Below, in pieces: positions 1 to 12,260 of a stretch of DNA of 64,000 bases (position 1 is its first letter; each line of letters opens with the position of its first letter). The position numbers and the translations under genes are program-made. Source of the stretch: Gordius albopunctatus (lineage: Eukaryota); contig OZ193909.1 in the NCBI GenBank assembly GCA_964276515.1, forward strand, positions 11,470,001 through 11,534,000, written 5' to 3'. Below the pieces are notes generated by a model. The model saw only the letters and a program-made list of their open reading frames with translations. It was not told where the DNA came from and made no database searches.

Positions 1-556
1 TGACATCATATTTAGCGAGGGCTAAATACCTTCATATTAGGTACACAAATTTCATACCTCTAACTTTTAAATAGCCATACATTTACTTTATTTAAGAAGT
101 ATCCGAACAAAAAAAAGAATAGTAAGACGGTTTATTTAGTAGCTGGGAGAAATGAGAATTTTTGTTTTTGTACAGAGATTTTTTTGTCCGGATTTTCCCC
201 AAAACCTGTTGTTTATTGGGGATGGCTACTACCAGCTACACTATTTTACCTAATTTTGATTTTATAGGGTGTCATTTGGGCCCTGCTAACTGGATTTTAA
301 TTGTCCCGACCCCGACGCTTTTATTTTTAATTTGTCCCTGGTCTGAGCTCGGCACGATTTTTTAAAATAACATTCTAAGCACAATTTACTTTTACAAATA
401 TTTGTTTATATTAGGTTTTGTTTATGTAAATCATATATTAAAAATGGTTAGTTGGGTTTAATCGGTCCGGGTGCCTTAGTCGTATATCTACTTTAACAAT
501 TATTTATTTTGGAAAACTATCTTGTATATTCAATTTACAATTTTGCCTATGTTTAG

Positions 557-2559
557 AACTTTGATGGCAAGTTTCGAAGCTATGTCCTGTTGGGCCAATA
601 ATTTCATGAGTCAAGTGGATATGCCGACCACATTGATTACAAATGGGCGAAAAGAAGTTCCAGATTATGAAACCGCTTTAGATCACGATTTGGAGCGTTA
701 CCTCGATTTTTATGGCGTGTGCCAGGCTATGTTTTACACCTTTTGCCTTAAACACCCCAAAATTATGTCGTATCCCGAAGGTAATAATTGTCGTTCTGTC
801 TGGACAGGCAAAGTCAAAATTATCTTAAGATTTATTGCATCTTTTATATAATATGAAAAATTGAATTCAAAGGACAGTGTGAGTCTTCTTGTATCCCTTG
901 ACTACTCTAATTCTTGTTTTTTTGCATCCTTTCACTTATTTCAAAGACCTCTTGACCACTCAATCAACGCCAAAAATGCAAGAGTGGTGTCAATTGTATA
1001 ACACTTAAAACTAAGCTAGGCTGGAGTTTGGAACAGATATCAGATTTGCTTGAATTTTTTTATTTTCGAACCAGACCCGATCTAAATTTGCACGCCCAAA
1101 CCCGTCCACCCGGCCTAGCCCCAATTATTAGAGCTGCCAGGGCCGAAATGATAATTTGTTGGCTATTATTTCGTTATATTCTAACATTTTTTACATTTTT
1201 TAATTAAATAAAATAGTGATAAAATTATGCGAAAACAATATTAAAAATTTCATTAAGTCCGGATTGCTAAATTTTTGTTATGGTGCCTGTCCGGATTCGC
1301 CCACAAATTTAAATTTACGACAGTTTTCCTGCCGCACGTGGGCCATTCGGACCGAGCCATTTTGGTCTCTTCTTTTCATATATCTCTTGGTTACATTTTA
1401 AATGTATCTCACATATTATGTCGAATTATAAAGTCTTTAACAAGAAAGTCATATTAGTACAAACGGGTATTTTATAAATATGCAGCCAAAGATATCGTTT
1501 GCAAGCTAAATTGGGAAAGACTTCTCTTCTCCCGTCTCAACCCTATGCGTTTTTCGAATCCACTCCTAAATAGCCGCTTTGCTTCCTTGTGCAGGTAAGC
1601 GTCATCCTATAATTGACATTCAGGTTTTGATTTAAAACTCACCATTTTCCTCGTACACTCATTCAGATTAAAAACTTGTACAACTTGTTATTTTATATGG
1701 GTTAGATTTTAGGGTAATATTTTTTTATTTTTAAGATTCTTGGTGACAATTTGATGCATTTGTGCTATGAATTTCGTTAATTTTATATTTTGTACACCTT
1801 CCTTAGGCAATATAACATCCTGTATTGTACGACAATAATTGAGCACAACAACCGAATGTTACTGAATAACGTCGCAACCCCGCCGAACAAAGCATGTTTG
1901 GGCACTTATTATTCATTCGGAAATATTCCGTTAACAAAGTATTTTAATAAATAATGACTCAAGGCTGCCCGTGCTAATTATGAATCGATTTTAAATTTCT
2001 ACCGATGTGAATTTAGGTTGACTATTAAAGTTGATTGTAAACCCTAATATTTACCTTATTTACTGTCTACAGTTAAGCATCTTTATTACAACATATAATA
2101 ACTCGGTTTTTGTCCTGCTCCTTTTACTCATTTCAAAATACTGATATATTATATATATTTATGTAGAACCTTCGAATTCATAAAGCATTTGCTTTATTAT
2201 CCTGTGGGACATGAAGGGGTCATTCGAGAATCTTTAAGTAGTGAAAACAACCAATTTCTCTCATTTCGTCAAAATGTAATTTGATTGCATAAATTTTAAT
2301 TGCACTCTTTTTGTTGTTAACCGGTTTGTACCATAATTATTTCATATCACAAACAAAGGCTGTTCCGCCTCCATTTACATCGCCAAGCCTAAGGCCCGCC
2401 CATTTTGGACCTGATTTGTCGCCCGTTGATTTAGAGTGTGACGATAAATACGAAGAGACCATATTAGGGTTAAGCCCTCCAGATCAACCTAAGTCACATT
2501 ACCTTTTGTCTGAACTTACGTTAAATCACAGCTTCGATTCATTTCCACTGAAAAAATAA
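557..2559 (+). CDS. RRN3: RNA polymerase I initiation factor RRN3/TIF-IA, 3' part. Exons 557-780, 1486-1594, 1807-1938, 2167-2275, 2359-2559; the 5' exons lie upstream of the window.
   Basis: The spliced translation gives FYGVCQAMFYTFCLKH, LNWERLLFSRLNPMRF and YNILYCTTIIEHNNR, matching recalled RRN3 C-terminal motifs (FYSACQAVFYTFVFRH, LNFERIVMSQLNPLK, FCYTIIERNNR). All junctions are GT-AG and phase-consistent. Confidence 0.88.
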
Positions 2560-2711
2560 AACAGTTTTATGTCGAGAAAGTTTATTTGGTGGTAAAAGGC
2601 ATAGTGTATAATACCAATCAATATTATGAGTACAACGAATGTTTGTAATAATACATATAATAAAATAATGTATGAAACATAATGTATAAAATCACATTTC
2701 CTATACAGAGC

Positions 2712-5700
2712 CTATAAAGTTTTTTGTATTTTATTACTCATCACACTGATGCCCGAATCATCTTCCCTTAAATAATTATCAATGACTTTAACAGGACGCC
2801 CTGATCCTTCACTAGAATATATGTTTGGTGTAACTTCTTTTGCAAGGAGATCCTTGGTTTCATTGGTGGTACTCAAGGCCGCCTTGTACAGACAAGCCTT
2901 GTGGTAGCGTCTTAAAAAGAAATCGATGGGATCTTTGCTATAACTTTGAACAAATTCTTCTCTTAACTTCTTATACTCTGCCTCGTAATTGTCATTTTTC
3001 TCCGGCAATTCCGTTGCTTTTGTAACATTTATTTTATCATCTACCTTTAAATCTAGCGTTTTATTTTCCCTCGGGAGCATTCTAGTGGCGGCTGGTACCT
3101 TATTTTTTTGCATGTTTCTGGTATTCGTTTTTCTCCTTTTACTTTTAACCTGCTTTCTAACCTTTTTCCTCACGTTTTTCCTTTTTTTACTATATTTCTT
3201 GCCCTGTTTGGGCTTAGTCGAACTCCTCATTTTAATTTTTGTGTTTTTGATAGCATCGCTCGAATCCGTCCTTTTTCCTATTACTTTTTTAGGCTTTATA
3301 ATTCCATCATTGCTATTAAAATTTGTTGAATCAACCATTTGTCGATTCATTGCGTGAGTATTGGATAGAATTTCGTTAATTATCTTATAATTCGTTTCAT
3401 TGTTCGTTGATATTTGGTTTGATACAAGTTGCTTATTACCTATATTTATAAATAAAGTGTTTTAAAATATACAAAATATTTATATACTTGTGATATTTTC
3501 GTTTAATCTTTTCTGGCTTAAATCCTTTAAGCCCACCATTGTTTCATTATTATCCTCTTGTTTGGAACTTGTTTTTGAATCTACTTCAGAACCTTTTTGA
3601 ATTTGCGATCGATTTTGGGCTTCTGTTTCTATTTTATTTTCACTAATTAAATTTTTCTCAACTTTGTCAATCACAATGGGTTGAGACTCATTAATACTTT
3701 TAGATAAATTATCGTTATCGGGCAATGAAGTGGATGTCGATAAATTATAATTTGATTCATTATCGACCCTTATATCGGGTAAAAAAGTATTTATTACCGC
3801 TTCACCCTTCTTATTTTCCAGAGTAGTTGAATAATAGACGCGATGTATAGTTGCATCACCCTCTGGGTTAAATATTCGTTTCTCAGCTTGATTAGCTTTG
3901 TTAGGTATGATCTCTACCGAATCCGTAATAACGCGATTTGATTCATTCGCTCCTATAGCATTTAAGTTGTTTGGTTCTGTTGACGTGCCGTTTGAAACAG
4001 CACCCAAATCTTGACTTGCATCTTCCCTAACCCTTACTACAAAGTCCAAAGTTCGTTCAATTTTAAATACCGATCTTTCAGAAGTCTCGTTGAGCTGTGC
4101 GCCGCTCTTTGTACGATTACTTTCAGACATTTTTTCTATTTTAGTAGCGTTTAAAGGGTTGGTAACTATACTGTCATTAATTATTTTTGGTTGAAGTCCA
4201 TTTTTATGCAATATTTCTTCAATGGGATTCTTTTCAACGAGATCAGTGGTATTTAACACTCTTATTTCGTGATTTAGATTTTGGTAGATTATCGTACTGG
4301 AATTAGGGTCTAATATTTTTACCTCGCTTGATTGCGAAACTTCATTGCTTTGTAGGTTGGGAAAGGAATCATTTGTGACCGTTATTGAATGAATAACATT
4401 TTGCTGTATTATTTGCAAATTCGATTTACCATTTAGTTCACTCGTATTTGATTGAGTTTCTCGTGCGGTTTGAGTCCGATTTTGTGATAGATTTTTTACG
4501 AGGTCTCCCGTATTTTCTCCCACATTTTGTTGTTTCTCAACTTCATTATCAGATACTTGTTCCCTCAGCTTCGTCTGATTTGTATCATTGTATACATAAC
4601 TCTGTTCAGAATTACTCACATGGGTTTTATTTTCATCCAACTCGTTTTTACTGTCAATTTTGGCAATCGAACTTTGTCTAACCCTCTTCTGTTTAATTTG
4701 ATTCTTTACATTCTTTCCATCCTTTTCCAAATTCGATTCTTGAGTAACATTTTGCAGTAAAGCCGTTTCATTAGAAATATTGCCTTCTACATCATCACTG
4801 CTCAACATCTCATTTTGTTTTAGGGTCGTGGCATTTTCTTCTGCGCTCTTAAAGTTTCGTTGATCAGTCAATTTCGCCTTACCTAACGTGTCGATCGTTT
4901 CGTTTGATACCTGAGCTGATTCGTTACTAGTAGAACCTTTTTTACTCTCTAAATTTGTTAAATTCATTGATTCATTGCTTTCACTCCCATTCGTGCTTAA
5001 ACCAGTATTATTAATTGACACGTTTTTATAAGTATTCAAGTCTGCCGTATCTTCTAATATTATTGATTTTGTCGAATTATTTTCTTCAACGTCGATTTCC
5101 GAAGAAACGTTTATGGCCCAAGTTAAATCCGTCGATTCCTCAATGGTGAAGGATTGCGGGGTGAAAGGGTCTTCGCTTAGCACAGTGTAAAATGGATTAA
5201 AACTAGAAGATTCTTCGTATGCCAAAGTAGTGGAAGAAGCGATTGAATCTTGAGCTGTTTGGTTTGTAGCTGTATTATCGAGACCAACTGGGGCTATGTT
5301 GTGTGTACCACCAATTTGGGTTAAATTTAGCTTTATGTCTTTGACATTATCAATTATTTGTGCTATATCATCATCACTAGGTTGTATGATATTGGTTGTA
5401 GTGCTTATTTTAGAAGGAGTTGCAGTTACTCCACTAACTACGATGTTAGGTCTTACTAACCGGCAAACCGTTTTACTTTCGTTGAGGCATCCATTCGATT
5501 TGATGTCGAACGAAAACCCCCTTGGGCATTCGAATCTTAATTTGATGTTGATGTGACAAAAATAGAAAACTCTGCATTTCGTTTTAAAGTCGGGAAAATA
5601 TCCAGTTTCTTCTAGTGGGCATTCAAAGCTGGTGCTTTTAATTTCTGGTGAAGTTAATAGGAGCTCTTGGGATTCTATTGTGTTCGAGGCTGGCTAATAG

Positions 5701-5943
5701 TAAAAATGACACACGAATTATAAATGAAATTTTTTAAATGTATATATTTATATGTTATGTCTAATAAATTACTTCGATTGAGATCATCAGACCATTGACT
5801 GACATTGAACAAAGAGTTATAATTCCTGCAATAAATAAATTTTTAACTATAATATATTGTAAATTGCATGATTTTATAAAAAAGCTTACTTGTAGTAAAT
5901 TAATGGTCAGCCACGGTTAGTTTATACCACGTTTATTGTACAT
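2712..5943 (-). CDS. Secreted chitin-binding type-2 (CBM14/peritrophin-A) protein with a long low-complexity stalk, about 1007 aa. Exons 5943-5928, 5846-5773, 5693-3488, 3439-2712.
   Basis: A six-Cys domain CPLRETGYFPDFKTKCRVFYFCHINIKLRFECPRGFSFDIKSNGCLNESKTVC at about 5620-5460 is in frame with ORF 3480..5225. A 48-nt GT-AG intron (3487-3440) joins it to ORF 2712..3350. The N-terminus MYNKRVKNLFIAGIITLCSMSVNG looks like a signal peptide; exon 1 is the least certain part. Confidence 0.85.
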
Positions 5944-8900
5944 AATTTTTAAAATAATCAGCAGAATTAGCCTTCCCCTTTACAATTACCAAAAGTCACA
6001 AATAATGACAAAAGAAATAGCGATGTATAATTAAAGGGTATAAAACCGTAAATGACAATATCAAAAACCTAGAAATCGATTTTATGTATCAAAGTGTGAA
6101 TTTCCTCAACCTATTTAACTTTTAATAATTATCTCTTGCTTATCTATTTTAATTGCATTATTATTTAAATTAGAGACCTCCAATTGGCCTATAATTTAGG
6201 TCAATCGGCCCCCGTTACATGAGTTTAAAAGCTCGATCCCGGTTCAGGCTAGTGTCAATTTATATGCTTTTTTTATTTAATTTTTTTTAATGTTTAAAGA
6301 ATATATATATGTTACAAGTGTTAATAATGATGTAAAATCATCCTTATTTCCGATCTTAAACGAGTTATTCTTTCTAATAAGAGGCGACCTGCTATGGATT
6401 TTCTTTCATTAGTGGCCCTTGTAGCCGGGGTCTTTAAAACAATATATGCCGAAAGTATAATTTTGGAAACCATTAAATAGTTTCAATTAATCTTACTTAG
6501 CTTCTTTGCTTTTCCTCTATTTTATATATTTTTGTTTAATTATATCAAATGAAAATCTCAGCGAGATTTTATAAAGAAAATTGTTAAAAATAACATTTAT
6601 ATTTTTTTTATGAGTTTATTTAAAATCTTACATTAATTGTAAGTCTGTAAAACCTTTGAAATACAATTTTTCAGGTTTACACTTTTAATTAACCATTTTG
6701 GTAAAATTAATTAAATTCTTGGAACTTAAAAGGAAAAAATATTTAGAATTTTTTAAACTTTGAAGTCTCAATATTATTTCAATTTTAATAGGGACTTTTT
6801 CTGTAACTCAAATATTTTGCCTTTTAGTTTCGAAAATTAGGGAAAATGTGGGATCGATCGCCACCATGAATTCCCTTAAGCGTCGCGAAATAAGATTGGT
6901 ATAGACGTATGGTAGGCACTTGCTTAAGTTGAACATCTCATTTCATGCGTGTAGTTAGAATATTAATTATACTGTGAAGTTGATTAATTGTTTTTTAGGT
7001 ATACACTTATTATTATTTCGTGTGATTAGGGGACAATTTTTTTGTTAAATAGTGTTTTTTACTATGATTAATAAAAATTCTGCGCGTTAAGATTGATTAA
7101 AAACCCATAAGTTGTTAAAAGAGTATTTAAGGAAAACTATCACAAAGGTAAAACATTTAATTTTATTTACTATTGCTCTATTTTAAATTGTTTATTAATT
7201 GGTAACAATAATATTTAACCACGGTAAAGTTTTATATAAATTGAAGCGAAAATCAAAAAAAATCACTAACAAATCACTTTTAAAACGGGTTTTAAGGATT
7301 TTGGCAAATGGGCACTCGCTGTTAGAAAATGAGGAAGTCCATCAATTTAAAATTCATTACTTTTATTTGTTTAAGTTTCCTATTTTTAATTGTTATAAAA
7401 ACCATTATATAATTTAACAAGAACAAGATTTGTCAGTGTTTTGGCAAACTCAACAACGATCACAATATTAAGTTATATTCTTATATAAATTTGATATATT
7501 GCTCTATAATTTTAAAATTTGTTCGTTTTAAATTAATGTTATTTAGTAAATTGCTCGCCGTGAAAAAATCCAAAAGGGCAAATATATTATATGTTGGTTT
7601 TTGTCCGAATGTAAATATCAATATATATATATATATATGATACCTATAAAGGTTGTCCAGAATAGTAATGAGTATTTTATCTCGTTGGCACACATGTTTA
7701 AAATCGTTGGATATATCTAAAATTTCATGAAAATCAAAAAATCTATATTACAAATATTTTATTTAAAAAAAAGTATTATGCGAGGTATTTTTTTGGACAA
7801 ATATTTATAGCAAGGGTTATAACTATTTTAAGGGACAAGTTTTAGGGGTTTAGTTTATTAGCCCAACTATAGTTTAATTTTTTTAATGATATTATGCCGT
7901 GGGAGCGTACTAATAATTCTGGGTAATTACTTTATTAACCATTAATTTTGAGTAAATGAAGACTGCTACTGGGACAAACTTAGGCCACAGATTCTTTCGA
8001 CAAAGATAACTTTGAGAAAGGGTATACAATTTTTGAGGTTCATAAAGGTACAGACGGGAGATTTAATAATAAATTAATCTACTACGCTTAAAATCCTAAC
8101 CCCTTATCGCACTCTGTATAATGTTTGAGGGGTTAAAAAACATAAAATTCTAGCGCATTTCTTGCAATGATTCTTGGGTTGTAGCTCGACTTATACAGTT
8201 GTGTCGTTGTGGAGGGAGTGTGAGTCGGAGGGTGGAGCAAAGGGTAACGCATAGCCATAAAACTTGGGGATAAAAATATAAGAGGTGATATAATACGGAT
8301 CCACCCAGCACCCCTTTGTCTAATTTGAGGGAATGGTTGTTAGGAAGTGGCTGCTGCTTTTCTTTTGTATTACTACATACACCACATTAGTGCTCAACAT
8401 GGGTGGGTGGTAAGTAGTCTTCTTATCGCGTATTGACCCTAGAAAATAGCTTAGGAGAATAACAGCACACTCTCTAAGCCTTGCAATGAAAAATCTCGAA
8501 AGTTTATCAACTTTACCAAAGTGCGACAGCGACACTAAACAGTTAAGTGCTAAAACGTAACATTTACAAACAGAAGCGTCCTGTATGAGCATAAAAATTT
8601 TCGTTGCAAAATAGTTTTGAAAAATAGGTTTTGTTTATAACTTCAACTTAGCAAAATATTATACACAGTTTAATGTGTAACAAATTGTCAAAATGAGGCC
8701 TCTCTTCTCGGGGAGGAGTCATTTTGACAATCTCCTTATTAATTGGTAACTCTTGGAAAAATTGGAATTTAAAAATATTAATTTATCTTAAGATATAATT
8801 AGTTTTTGAAATAAAGTGTGTGGGTAACTCATATGGGATAACTTGGTGAATACGGATTAATTGAAATTAAGTTGCAACATGTTGTTTATCTACAAAAGTT

Positions 8901-10415
8901 TTTCCCTATAATAAAATTAAACTTTTATATTAAACCTAGTGATTTTATTTTAAAATAAAGAAGCGCCAATTTTTATTTTTGTATGTATGTGTTATGTATA
9001 ATGAATTTTGAAAATTTTTATTTTAATAAAAATAATTTTGAGAGCGAAAAGGGGCTCGGATTTAAGAGCCAAAATATACACGGTTTACGAACGCTAAATG
9101 AAAATTAATTTTTATCTTGCTTGTATATAAATTTTTAATTTTTTTATGATGAGATTAATTATCATCACAAGGACTATATTTTTAAACAAAATTTTAAGTA
9201 ATCAATTATTTAAAAAATCAAGCTTATGCAACTTTTGTAATTAATATATTTTGTAATGCAGTAACTAATTTTTTAGTTTTGTTTGAAAAACCGCTGGAAA
9301 CTCTATGACCCCATTGCCTAGGCCTTTGAGTCCAGGCCTATCCTGAAAACCCAATTATCTGAAATCCTCTACCCCCCCCTTCTTTGCTTGTAGGGTCTCA
9401 GGACGCATTTATCAAATTTATGCTCTGTAGCCGAGCTTAACTAGACTTATCTAGTGTCTAAATATCCTAATTTAAATTTGTGTATTGTTTTTTTAATCTG
9501 TGTTCCATAAAATATGTGAATTGCCATTACTGAGGTTCTAATGCTATTTCTTCTTTTTTCCTTTATATTTTTCCACTAAATATAAACCCTAAAACAAAAT
9601 AACATATATTTTGATCTTTTAATTTTGCCTGCGCACATATATCTAGTCAGCTCATTTTATCGCAATTATATATATATTCTCCCTATATCACAGCTACGCT
9701 GCAGCAAAGGACATAAAAATCTGGTTACATCTTTATTATTCATATGAAGAGCTTCAATGATATTTTGGTCAAATTTCATTTTTTATTGCATTCATAACCA
9801 AGTTTTCTGACCTTTGTAGCATGTTTTTTTGTAGAGTGAATGCATTGATAATTACATTTTTTGAGACTTTATAATAACTGTAAAATTGTATTGTAATGGG
9901 TTGAAAAACATAAATATGGTTTTATTAACGACTTTTGGTAAAGAGTAATAACATAAATGCAATGAACTTACAACTTGTTAAATTTTATGGCTTAAAATAA
10001 CAAAAATTTGATGTCTTAGTCTGCGGCCGCATGTTTCAAAACAATCTACTAAGTACATTCTATAAGTTTGTTGCGACCACTGGCGCCAGGTACCCCAATT
10101 GCCCAATTATTACTCAGACTTTTGCTTGCAAGGTTTATACGCCTAATTTAACTGGTATGTCAGATTACATACTGTGTACATTTTGTTTAATTCCCTCTAA
10201 ATTTACCTTAGAAGCTACCCCATCGTTTTAAGAACATTTAACTAATTTGTTATATCAACTTTTCTTGGGACTTATTTATTTTTGAAATTATATGATGGGA
10301 GTTGGATTCAAACGAGAATTCATTAGGACGTGGCAAGAAAATCGCTAGAGAGAAGCACGGGGGAAATAATTAAAACGAAATTTTGATCAGTAAAGTAAAT
10401 ATAAAAGCAAATAAT

Positions 10416-10584
10416 CATGGGCGTAGCCAAGGGGGGGGGGCAGGGAGGGGCGGCTGCCCCTCTTAAAATCAAAAAATTTGTTGAAATTTACTAAAATTAT
10501 ATCTAAAATTTCAAAAAATGTTCATTTTGCCCCTCCCTAAATCATTATTGTCCCCCTCTAATTCCAATGCTGACTACGCTCATG
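10416..10584. mobile_element. hAT-type MITE (CATGGGCGTAGCC family)
   Basis: TIRs catgggcgtagcc / gactacgctcatg; degenerate 8-bp TSD caaataat/caaattgt. The same family recurs many times in the window. Confidence 0.8.
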
Positions 10585-12029
10585 CAAATTGTAAAAATAC
10601 TAAACCATGATTGTCAAAAACTAAAAAACTTAGAGCTATAATAATGATTAATATGTGAAATAATCAGAAAATCTTCAATAATTAAGATTTTATTCTTAAC
10701 GTGCTTTAACAAAAGAGTTACAGTTTAACATCCAATAAATACTATCTGGAAGTTACAAAATGTTGCCCACAGATTGACATTATCAAACCGTTTCGGCATT
10801 TAATTATGATTTTTAGGGCTGTCAAGCTATGTTTGTTGGATCTAACCCATTTTTGAGAGTGGCAAAAAGAGCTTATTGAGTATTCTGATATGAAACATAA
10901 AATATAAAACATATCGTAAACTCAAGTAAGATCTTCTAAATAATTTGCAAATTACCACTCATCCTCTTTTTTTTGTTCATGGCGTCCGAAAAATTTTATT
11001 ATATGTCCATACAATTTGTTATGTTTTAAATTTCGCTCCATTTGCTTTAAACTTTGCATTATACATTTCAATCAGTCAATTTATTTTAAGTTCGGGGGTG
11101 GATGGGAGTGTTTTGATTGAACAATAAGGGATATTTCCTATATTCCCTCGGAAGAAACACAGGTTGTGTCAAAGCTCTATTTATAGATTAAGATTAATAA
11201 AAAAAATCAATTTTTATTTATTAAAATATGAGTTTAAATTCATGTAAAAAGCAAAAGTAATAAGATTTTAAGCTTTATTGACAAAGTTTGTGGCTCTTAA
11301 ATTAGTTTATTCATTTAAAAATGAATATAAAACTTGTTGACACTCATTACAAAATTCATTAAAGGTAAAAATGATGCTGGTGATTGTTTGTTACATACAA
11401 CATTTTAAAGTCTCTGAGGGAGAAGGAAAGAACTAAACGAGATGCAAGTGAAGTCTCAGAGTAATGGTTATTTTGATGCCAAGTGTCAAAAGCAATACAT
11501 CTGGCCTGGGTTGTGATTTTTCGGCTGCAATCCACCCTTGACCCTAAACAGAAATATCGTGTTCAACTATAATATAATTGATTGTCTTGTGACTTATATA
11601 CCCTCCTCTTCAAAAACCAAGGGTTATGGCCCATATGCATAAATATACTTGGTTTAAAAATTATATAACCTAAGTTATACCAATGTTTTCTAAAGATTAC
11701 AAAATTATCATTTTTGAGCTAGTTATAATGACCAAGATGTCAGAGTTTTACAGAAACCCAAAACCCCATTGATCGAATGGGACTGATCATTAGATCAACT
11801 GATTAACTACGAGGATCGTTATTTATTTTTCCTAGAGATACTTCGGAAGCTAAAGATGATAAGGTTATGGCTCCAATCCAATAGTCAGAATTGGGTTGGT
11901 TTAGGAATTTAACTTTAAAACATTCACATTTTTAAGTTAGGGATACCCGCTGCCAGCAGTTAGCCTCTTCAGGGGAGTTCCTGTTATACTTGTTTGAATT
12001 ATTTTAAATACTAACAGCGATAAAATAAC

Positions 12030-12260
12030 ACTACCCACGACGGTCCCAAACCGTGTGCAAAAAGTGGAGGGTTGGCATCAGGTCGGAAACCGGCTGTAAA
12101 AACAACTCCTAAATCATTTTATTTCAAACAAAACTTTACAACAGAAAGCTAGGGCATCCTTCACAAACGACGCCCATGGCAGCTCCCGCCCGTGCAATAT
12201 GAAATTACACTAGGGTTAACGCTTAACTTACAACGAAGGCGGTTAAGTAAATTAGTTATG
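12030..12260 (+). mobile_element. RTE-type LINE 5' UTR and ORF-start remnant
   Basis: cggtcccaaacc...ggagggttgg...ccggctgtaaaa resembles recalled RTE 5' UTR motifs. Its end (gaaggcggttaagtaaattagtt) resembles the ORF start of the RTE near 25875 (gaagcggttaaagacattagtt). Confidence 0.5.

Noticed and set aside
2989..3357. Very hydrophobic 122-aa + strand ORF resembling a membrane protein
   Set aside because: It is the antisense shadow of the Lys-rich exon of the CBM14 gene (AAA codons read as TTT).
8684..8731. Perfect 13-bp inverted repeat (attgtcaaaatga / tcattttgacaat)
   Set aside because: An isolated small hairpin with no TSD, second copy or functional context.
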